NCBI GenBank assembly: GCA_951406725.2
Contig: OX597826.1
Coordinates: forward strand, 7,750,001-7,814,000
Direction: 5' to 3'
DNA: 64,000 nucleotides
Source of the DNA: Octopus vulgaris
Taxonomy: Eukaryota
Every line of letters starts with the position of its first letter. The stretch's first letter is position 1. The position numbers were made by a program, and so were the translations under genes. Below are positions 54,942 through 64,000 of this stretch, one piece after another. The notes beneath the pieces are model-generated. The model did no database searches. It saw nothing but the letters and a program-made list of their open reading frames with translations, and was not told the DNA's origin.

Positions 54942-55100
54942 AGGCGGAGCTGTGTGGTAAGTAGTTTTTTTGCCAACCCCAACCATATGGTTCTGCGTTC
55001 AGTCCCACTGCATGGCATCTTAAGCGAGTGTCTTCTACTATAACCTCGGGCCAACCAAAGTCTTGTGACTGGATTTTGTATAAGGAAACTGAAAGGTCTC
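54942..55100 (+). mobile_element. SINE family B 5' part
   Basis: ggcggagctgtgtggtaagtag...gttcagtcccactg. Confidence 0.75.
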
Positions 55101-55908
55101 ATAAATATATATATTATGTACTCTTCCGTGATAGTAATATAAATAAAAGGCACCCCATCTGGTCATAGACAAATATTATTTAATAGACACAATACGTGTT
55201 TTTAAGTCATAGAAAAAGTTTCTTGTGGCAGATAATGAATTATAACATGTGTAACATCACTGGACAGTCGTCAGGCACAAACCACATAGCATTACGAACG
55301 AAAAATAGAATAAGAGAAGAAATGAGAAAAGTTGAGAAGGAAGCATGTAGAAAACGTGGAAGGTTTAAAAACGGAAAACGGAAGAGTAATCAGAAATAAG
55401 TGAAAAGTTTAAAGATTTATCTCCCTTAGGCCTTAAATTATAAAAATAGCGAAAAATTCTGTTATAGGCGGAATTTTCCAATTCTTCAAAAGGAACGTGG
55501 GCACATTAGTAGCACTTGAAAACATGTAAGGTGTCTATTAAATAATGTGTGTGTATGTCTATCTGTCGATCTATCTGTCTTTGTCCCCCACCACCACTTG
55601 ACAACCGATACTGGTTTGTTTACATCCCCATAACTTAGCGGTGTTCATCAAAAGGGTCTGGGAGAATAAGTACCAGACTTTAAGAAAATAAGTACTAGAG
55701 TCGATGCATTCAACAAAAAGTTCTTAAAGACAATGCCCCAACATGACCGCGGTCTGAAGACTGAAACAGATATATATATATATATATATACATATATAAT
55801 ATTAATTAGAGACAAAACCACTATTATGCAAATCAAACAAAGAAAGACTTAATCCAATACATAAAAAATTTTATATAAATTAAATATAATTAAGATTAAT
55901 TAAGATAT

Positions 55909-55954
55909 CCACTACGATCGTTTCTTGTCACATCAATGGACATTCATCAGGTGG
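55909..55954 (-). ncRNA. Minimal hammerhead motif with palindromic stem III
   Basis: Minus strand: ccac-CTGATGA-a-tgtc-cattgatgt-gaca-a-GAAAC-gatc-GTA-gtgg. Confidence 0.7.
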
Positions 55955-56033
55955 TTTCAAGACCTTCAATGCAATTTTGAACTATATATATATATATAGG
56001 CTGAGGAGTGGCTGTGTGGTAAGTAGCTTGCTT

Positions 56034-56059
56034 ACTTCCGGTTACCCAGAATGCATCAC
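56034..56059 (+). promoter_or_regulatory. Putative internal promoter: ETS-like ACTTCCGG + ZNF143/Staf-like TACCCAGAATGCATCA
   Basis: Motifs at the extreme 5' end of the inserted element; function inferred. Confidence 0.4.
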
Positions 56060-58067
56060 TAGTTGGTCTGGACTGTTACAGTGACAAGATGTGAGTTTTT
56101 GGGGGGCTCCGTGAATAGAAAAAAGAACAAAAAGAAAAATTGTCAATTATGGCTCGCTATAACGAGCAAAATACTGGGTTCTCGTTATCGTGACGGTGAA
56201 TTGGGAATTTTTGCTTGAAATCACTTTTTGTAAATTCTAGTGGGCGTATCTCGCCAGAAAAAGTATAATTTTTCCGAACTGGAATAAGCCATTTGGATTA
56301 CCTTTTTGGAGTATTACACAAAGGATTCCCTGTCTGTGCTATTTGTGAGGTTTTTCTTTTACTTTTCCCTTCTTCTATTTTTTCTTTCGTTCTAAATTTT
56401 GCTTCATTCTTTTCATTACTTTAATTTCAGTTTCCTTTCCTCCTCTTTTATTTTGTTTTATTTTTATTCGGTTTAATTTTTTGGCAGACCCTCTTTTGAA
56501 CTACTTTTGAACTGTTTGTTGACATGGCAGAGAAGGAATTTAAAAAGAAGAACTCTGTCTTAGAGTGGGAAATTAACCCGCCTACGCAGTGGTTAAAATA
56601 TATGGAGGAGAAGACGATGGTGCTTAGAACTTTTTCTAAAGTTCTTAATTCCATCACCGTCTTCCGAAAACAAGTTATAAAAAATGAACTTAAAGACTAT
56701 TTGTCCTCGGTAAAATATATATCCCGTGGTGTCAAACATGCAACCGTATGGTTGCTGTTTGACAACGGGGAAAAGGGTCGCCAATTTGCGAGTCAGCCAT
56801 TAGAAGGCAAGGAAATTCTGTGCCTTCCGTCATATTCCGGAAGAAAATTAATAAGAGCCTGGGTATGTGGGTTACCCCCAGGCACCGAAGCGAATTGGAT
56901 TGAAGATACCATCCGACGGGAACTGCGGATGGCGGGTCCAGGCTCTTAAATGTAAGGGCATTGCCGTGGCCGATTGGGATTGGTCAAAATCGGCCGCAAC
57001 AGATCTGGTTTTTCCAGATTTCTTGAAAATGGCTGGCAGCAGGTATCCGGTGATACTTGCGGGACGTCCCCCCACATATCACTCGTGCCTGCAGCCAGGC
57101 CACATTAACAGGAACTGCCCCCAGGACCATGGTAAGGTCCTCGAACAGTCACTAGATGCCAGCTCCCCTACCCGGTCAAAGGGAGAGGTGGATGTAGTCG
57201 AGGAGGCTTCAGCCTCCTCAACTCAAAAAGGATTAAAAAGGAAGGAGGCGGGCAACAATAGTTGTCTCCCGAAGGAACCTAAGGCTTCGGGGGCGGGGGA
57301 GAGTCTCCGGACAGAGCGGAAGAGCTCCACTCTCCCGAAGTCAGGAAGAAAAGAAGAAAAGAAGGAAGAACGGGTCATCTCAGCGGGTAGATGATGTGCC
57401 GTCCGCATGTCCCAAAGTTGTGCCACTCACGGTGGAAGAAACCACCCCCACCCTTAAAGATGATCAATTAATTATCTTTTTCTATAAGGGCGGGGAGGTG
57501 GAAAAAATAGTAGAAGAACATAAAGAGACAGGATCCCGAATGGCCTCCGCAGATAGCTGTGGAGGTCATAAAGTTTCCCTTGTGGGAAAGGCTTAAAGAA
57601 TTTGGGGAGGAGTGTCGCATATGGCCGGGTGGCCCTTACACGACTTACATGTCCTACATGAGTGAGGCATGAAAAATGGCAGGATACAGGAACTCAAGCG
57701 GCATTGAAGATAATAATGAATATATCGATGGATGTATCGAAGAGTAGGCGGTGAAAGACCCTCGTTACAGGGTTTGAAACCTCATCTTATTGTATTATTT
57801 GTAGTGGTTTATAACCTCAATTGTGTGTTTAAAAAAAAAAACATGTTAAGTCAGAGGTTTTAGTGCCTCCTTTTGTAAGAGGTTTGAGACCTCATATTGA
57901 TTTTTTAAAAAAAAGAAAATATATTCTCGAGAAAAATCCAATCGGCGGTTGTTGGGTTTCGTCTCTCATTTATTCATTCTATTTCATTTTCCTTCATTAA
58001 TGTGTTTGTCCAGCCCGCAAAGCTACACACTCTTTGTACTGTCTATGATGACAAATTTTATGAAATA
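56036..58067 (+). mobile_element. ORF1-only (HAL1-like) non-autonomous retroelement with 15-bp TSD
   Basis: TSD AAGTAGCTTGCTTAC at 56021-56035 and 58068-58082; ends at AATAAA; encodes only a gag/ORF1-like protein. Confidence 0.85.
56524..57596 (+). pseudogene. LINE ORF1-like nucleic-acid-binding protein (RRM-like + CCHC knuckle), frameshifted
   Basis: ORF 56524..56949 shifts into 56867..57394 containing GRPPT-Y-HS-C-LQPG-H-INRN-C (57077-57118; TAT is one substitution from TGT). Confidence 0.8.
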
Positions 58068-58699
58068 AAGTAGCTTGCTTACCAATCGCACATGGTTCCG
58101 GGTTCAGTCCAGTGCGTGGCACCTTGGGCAAGTGTCTCCTACTATAGCTTCGGGCCGACCAAAGCCACGTGAGTGGACTTGGTAGAAGGAAACTGAAAGA
58201 AGCCCGTTGTGTATATGTATATATATACATATGTGTGTGTATATGTTTGTGTGTTTGTGTTTTTGTCCCACCATCGCTTGACAACCTATGCTGGTGTGTT
58301 TACTTCTCTGTAATTTAGCGGTTCGGCAAAATAGACCTATAGAATAAGTACTAAGCTTACAAAGAATAAGTCCTGGGGACGATTTCTTCTATTAACGGCG
58401 GTGCTTCAGCATGGCCGCTCTCAATTAAAAGAGTAAAAGAGTATATATAAACCCATGTAGTTGCGAAGCTAATTACTTAACGTCCGTATCTACGCCTATT
58501 TATTGAATTATGCAACGAGATATCTACAGTTATGTTTTGAGAATTATCACATTAATTTTGAAAAACCACCTGGATTTTTCCGGAAGTACACTGTTATACA
58601 AGAAGACAATTATTCATTATATTTTATTAATAATGTCTTAAGCCATAAGAAATTATCGTGAGATATAATTAAACATTTAAATAAATAATTAACTTGAGA

Positions 58700-59160
58700 T
58701 ATAATTACTGAGGCTGGCGATGTAACAGAGTTGGTAGTATACTTCCTCCTCTGTGGACTAAAAGCTGGAGGTGGCGCACCAATATGAGAGCACCTGCAAT
58801 TCTAACATCCAAAAATCGCTCCTTGGTTCCCATCACTCTTGAATAAAGCCCCGGGACACTAAAACGTCTTCCATTTGTCTCTATCATTTCCCGTTAATAT
58901 GCAAAGTGCACTGGAATGACTTCCTTGAGACGTCCAATGTCTCAGTGTTTGCGACACGGATTCTCATCCTCACCTTGCAGCACACGGTAGTGAAAAACTT
59001 TCCATTGCTTGCTGGAAATCACCTCCTAAAAACCAAGTAGCATGGTGTCGTCCGCAAATATTAGTCGATGGATTCTACACCCAACTTGCTACATTCAATC
59101 AACTTTCCGTGCCTCTTCTCGACTACGATCATGAATGTTGAGAAACACCGGAAAGTATCC
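58700..59160 (-). mobile_element. RTE-clade RT fragment
   Basis: IHRLIFADDTMLL (FADD), LHINGK, FKSDG, SILPTLL. Confidence 0.75.
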
Positions 59161-59307
59161 GTTATTTACATTATTTACATTTGAAGGATTTTTGTCCTCA
59201 TCTTGGTTGCTGTTAACACAACGTTTCGGTTGACATACCCTCCAGCCTTCATAAGGTATCTTGGGGAAATTTGGAACTTGGCTTCTCATTCCTAAGGAAA
59301 TTTTCGA

Positions 59308-59379
<72 letters not shown>

Positions 59380-59647
59380 CGAGTGAAAGAGCTGTGCATG
59401 CCATCAAAGTGACACTGGGGTAAAATATACGAAGCCCAGTATACCCATCATGACTACCCGTATGATAAGGGTACACCAAGCACATGCATCACAACCATAT
59501 GTGCGCGAGATGGTGATCTCATATCAAGATAAACAGTGCATGAACTTGCAGGTGGGGCCCAGATAGAAATTTCTTCTGGTCGAGTAACGCATCCCGCTCA
59601 AAAGGTCCCTGAATAAGGGTTGTTTAAGGATGTTGAACGAAACACCC

Positions 59648-59695
<48 letters not shown>

Positions 59696-59824
59696 GTTGT
59701 TGTTGTTGTTGTTGTTGTTTTTATCATTAGTGTTGTTGTTGTTGTTGTCCAGGTCAGTGCTTGGAATCGAATTCGAAATCTTGGGGTTAGTAGCCCGCGC
59801 TCCTAACCACTACGCCATATGCCC
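59160..59824 (-). mobile_element. tRNA-headed SINE with hammerhead tail, nested LINE 3'UTR fragment in its (AAT)n spacer
   Basis: A box TGGCGTAGTGG and B box GAATTCGATTCC (59824-59760), (AAC)n(AAT)n, hammerhead 59215-59260. Confidence 0.78.
59380..59648 (-). mobile_element. 5'-truncated repeat with (AAT)n tail (probable LINE 3'UTR family)
   Basis: Near-identical to 62105-62390. Confidence 0.8.
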
Positions 59825-59826
59825 CT

Positions 59827-60006
59827 GGCATATGGAATGGGAACCCAGGTTCGAAATTTCTCCAAGACACCTGATGAAGGCTGGGGGGTATATCAGCAGA
59901 AACGTATTTTTAACTACTATGAAGATAAGGACAAATATCCGTCAAATGTAAATACTGTAAATACTGTAAATAATGTACATAATTCCTCATCTCTTAAATA
60001 TAGAAC
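59827..60006 (+). mobile_element. Inverted, internally deleted second copy of the hammerhead SINE
   Basis: GGCATATGG start joined to the tail; gacac-CTGATGA-aggctg...cagca-GAAACGTA at 59866-59906. Confidence 0.78.
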
Positions 60007-60660
60007 GGTAGAAAGAATAGGGACGTGAATAAATGCGGCCGAAATGGGGTTTTCTCCAAAGGATCTCTGGAGTAACATTACTCAACAGGATATGTAACCC
60101 AGGGTCAGAAATTCTCTCTAGGTCGAGCCACTACTTCTGTGCATCGAGAGGTTACAAGTTTACATCGAACCGAACAGCAAGTAAGTTCAGTTGACCTTGG
60201 CGGTATTTGAACTCAGTGAGCGTAAAGTTAGAACAAATACCGCGATGCATATCATATATCAAGACATCCGTCCATCCATCCGTCAAACCTTCCATTGCTC
60301 CAACCATCCATCCATGCAGGTATTCATCCATCCAACCATCCATCAATCCATCCATCCATCCAGTCATTCATCACAACGGACGTGATTAAAAAGTCGCAGG
60401 AAAGAATAGCAAGACAGATTCTTCAATCGAGTCAACCGGTTGGAGACCCAGAGGCCGACCAACAATGAGACGGTTGGATTATATCCATAGACTCAGTCGG
60501 TCAGCAGATGTAATGGCCTTGTGCTTCTGATATAAACCGCATGGAGGAGGTTCTTGAGGATCCTACCACCAGGAACCTTCCAGAGAAGTGTGAACAGAAA
60601 AGATAGATGAGACGGATGGGGAGGTAGATGCCTGTACGGATATGTGGATGGATGGATGGA
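60005..60660 (+). mobile_element. RTE-clade LINE 3' part ending in (GATG)n
   Basis: ERIGT*INAAEMGF...ISGVTLLNR and [10 protein letters not shown]...[15 protein letters not shown] followed by GATG repeats. Confidence 0.75.
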
Positions 60661-61260
60661 GGGGGAGGTAGAGAGGAGGGAAGGAAAGAGGGAGGGAGAG
60701 AGGGAAAGGTGCCAGCTCGGACGGGTAGATGGTTGGAAAAATGAAGGGATGGGTGGATGGAGGGATGGATTGCTGGGTGGAGGGCGGAGGAAGGAGGAAG
60801 AAAGGGATGGATGCATACCTACACGGATGGATGGATGGATGGTTGGATGGATGGATGGATGGAGGGATGGAGGGAGGGAGGGGGGGAGGGATGGGGGGAG
60901 GTAAGGGAGGGCAGGATAGATGGATGCATATATGTATGTATGTATGGATGGATGGATGGTTGGATGGATGTTTGCGGGGATGGATGGTTGGAGGAATGGA
61001 GGCAGTGAGGCAGGAAGCGGGGGAGGGAAAGCAGGAGAGATGGATGGTCGCCTGCAAGGATGGATGGTTGGCGGGATGGATGGATGGATGGATGGATGCC
61101 TGCACCGATTAATGGATGGAAGGATGGATGTTTGGAGGAATGGAGGATTGGACGGATGGGTGGATGTTTGCGTGGTTGAATGGATGAATGCTTGCATGGA
61201 TGGCTGGTTGGAGGGATGGAAGGTTTGACGGATGGATGGACGAATGAATTCATGGATGAT
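60640..61260. repeat. Degenerate (GGAT)n/(GGGA)n tract
   Basis: Directly visible, G-rich on the + strand. Confidence 0.9.
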
Positions 61261-61566
61261 ATGCATCGCGGTATTTGTTCTAACTTTATGCTCACTGAGT
61301 TCAAATACTGTCAAGGTCAACTGAACTTACTTGCTGTTTGGTTCGATGTAAACGTTAACAATCCAATCCAATAGTTTGCCGGAACTGGTAGAGAGTCAGC
61401 TGAGTTAGTTTTCAGAATTTTCTCCCGGTCTTTGCATTCTAGAAACAGCAATAATGTTAGTAATTACAAAAATTTATATCGTTATTCTTGTACCAGGCAG
61501 TGAGGTCGAAGAATAGTTAGAGCGTCCGAAACAATATATGTCTTGGAGTTCTTATATATTAACATA

Positions 61567-61628
<62 letters not shown>

Positions 61629-61992
61629 GTGGATGTGTATAAGATATATATATATATATGCTTGTATTTCTGTATGTGTATGTGTGACGTGTACATGTGA
61701 GGTTGAGTGTGTATGTGCAAACATATAACATGGTAGATAAATATTACTACATTACTGTGAGTTAGTTACATGCAAGATAGACTATTTTTCATTTGGATAT
61801 CAAAGAACATAATAATATCCAATCTGCAGAAAAGACCGCGTACCAGGAATATTTCGCAGAGAGAAATACAGTAATATTTATCTCCTATATCAAACAATAA
61901 TTCTATACACGTTATATAGTAGCCTTAGTTTGGCTCATGAGGCGACTTACAAATTATTATTATTATTTTTTTTATTATTATTATTATTATTT

Positions 61993-62049
<57 letters not shown>

Positions 62050-62104
62050 TTGTTATTATTATGATCATTATTATAACTATTATTGTTATTCTCATTATTA
62101 TTAT

Positions 62105-62652
62105 TGAGTGAGAGAGTAGTGCATGCCATCAAAGTGACACTGGGGTAAAATATACGAAGCCCAGTATACCTATCATGACTGCCCGTCTGATAAGGGTACA
62201 CCAGGCACATGCATCACAACCGTACGTGCACGACATGGTGATCTCATATCAAGACAAACAGCGCATGACCTTGCAGGTGGGGACCAGTTAGAATTTTCTT
62301 CTGGTCGAATAGCCCATCCAGCTGAAAAGGTCCCTGAATAAGGATTGTTTAAGGATTTTGAACGAACCACCCATGTTTCCAAAAGTAAATTATCCAAACC
62401 TCCAAGATTTTCTTTCAACACAGGGATATGATGCTCTCCCACAACATCTGCTTGTGATCAGTGATGCACAGATTGTCAGCCACTAAGGGACATGCTCAAC
62501 TGGTTATGGTCAAAAACAATTGAAAAGCAAATCTGTGGTATTGAGCAGGATATTTGCTCTAGCCCATCTTTTATACAAAGCCAAAACAGTGTACATGATT
62601 ACACTTCCAATCAGTTAAGATCAGAAGCCATGAGAGTCACAGCCTGGTAGTG
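62105..62652 (-). mobile_element. Longer copy of the (AAT)n-tailed repeat
   Basis: Homologous to 59380-59648; related fragment at ~35975-36100 (+). Confidence 0.8.
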
Positions 62653-62682
62653 TTATTATTATTTTCATTATTATATGTGTTA

Positions 62683-63075
62683 AGGCGGCGAGCTCGCAGA
62701 GTTATTCCAATGCCGGGCGAAATGCTTAGCGGTATTTCGTCCGCCGCTACGTTCTGATTTCAAATTCCGCCAGGTCGACTTTGCATTTCATCCTTTCGGG
62801 GTCGATTAAATAAGTACCAGTTACGCACTGGGGTCGTTATAATCGACTTAATCCGTATGTCTGTCCTTGTTTGTCCTCTCTGTGTTTAGCCCCTTGTGGG
62901 TAGTAAAGAAATAGGTATTTCGTTCGTCTTCACGTTCTTAGTTCAAATTCCGCCGGGCGGACTATACCTTTCATGCTTTCGGGGTCGATAAATTAATTGC
63001 CAGTTACACTCTGGGGGTCGATGTAATCGGCTAGTCCCCTCCCCCAAAATTTCGGGCCTTGTACCTTTAGTAGAA
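62683..63075 (+). mobile_element. SINE family A dimer
   Basis: Head plus two body units. Confidence 0.88.
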
Positions 63076-63107
63076 ACGGTGATTATCGCGCGCGCGTGTG
63101 CGTGTGA

Positions 63108-63143
<36 letters not shown>

Positions 63144-63291
63144 TTCTATTAGACTGCAGCCATGTTATGACACCACCTTGAAGGTTTAACCGAACAAATC
63201 GACCACTGTAGGTACTTTTCAAAGCCTGGTACATATTCTGTTTCTTTTGCCGAACTGCTAAGTTATGAGGACATGAGAAAGCATACACACA

Positions 63292-63336
<45 letters not shown>

Positions 63337-64000
63337 ACACACACACACGTACACACACGTATATAGACAGACATATCGACATTTATGTATATATATATAT
63401 CAAACACAGTACATATTGTTTCCAGTATAATGCTCTGTGTGTTTGTGTGCGCATGTGTGTGTGTCTGTGTGTGTGGCAGTACGCTAATTAACCAAAACGT
63501 TATTTTCCACTTAAACCAAAAAATAATCATTATAACGATCTTCAGATATTGTAATTTTTGGTAGAGCAGTCAAATCAGTATCTCTAATATCAATCCATTG
63601 GAATCAAATATAGCTTTTTTGACAATCCTGATATGATGTTCAGCCAGGTCTAACTATCACCGCCTAGAACTTCTGTGAATATTAAAACAATTTTGTTTTT
63701 TCCTTGAGTTTATTTATTATTTTCATCCTTCGCATATTCTATTTTTTTATCCTCTTGATTGGCGTAATCGTCCGTTCGATCAGATGAAGACTGCTTCTAT
63801 GGACTGAGACGCTGCAAAGCCAATAAACCAGCCCTGACTACCATTAAGTATTTGGAGGAATCGTGCTGGCTGCTCCTGTTAAGCTCCGAATGAACTGCAA
63901 GTTTTTTGTGTTATTGATAACTATCTGTTTATGTCTCTGCATGTGAATATTTTTAACGTGGACAATAGGAGCGATACTGCAAGGCTTTCAATGGGGCATT

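Larger units (their letters stand above)
55999..58443 (+). mobile_element. SINE family B copy split by a 2-kb insertion
   Basis: Head 55999-56035 continues seamlessly at 58083 through the tail AAAAGAGTAAAAGAG. Confidence 0.9.

Noticed and set aside
60493-61320. 275-aa Pro/Ser/His-rich ORF
   Set aside because: Translation of the (ATCC)n degenerate repeat
63500-64000. Possible piggyBac-like transposase remnant on the minus strand (GGD.., HIRIVKK)
   Set aside because: Similarity too weak to support without a profile search

Overview
AT-rich, microsatellite-saturated eukaryotic non-coding DNA. It is most likely intronic or intergenic sequence of an octopus/cephalopod, inferred from the tRNA-derived SINE families. 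No intact host protein-coding gene is recognisable, and almost all ORF-track entries are translations of (TA)n, (CA)n, (TATG)n, (GATA)n, (AAT)n or (GTA)n tracts. The window is a graveyard of mobile elements: three abundant SINE families (one forming tandem multimers), two mariner relics, one Tc1 relic, two copies of an 8-bp-TSD MITE, a foldback element, Helitron-like non-autonomous elements, decayed RTE/CR1-type LINEs, and many Penelope-like (PLE) termini carrying minimal hammerhead-ribozyme motifs. The most notable items are: (1) a 2-kb ORF1-only (RRM + zinc knuckle, no RT) retroelement inserted with a 15-bp TSD into the tRNA-like head of a SINE; (2) a tRNA-promoter-headed SINE whose tail is a hammerhead ribozyme module; (3) a 264-bp palindrome encoding complete hammerheads on both strands; (4) two local templated insertions; (5) two LINEs whose 5' parts are inverted in twin-priming geometry. 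All calls were made by eye and family names are unverified against databases.
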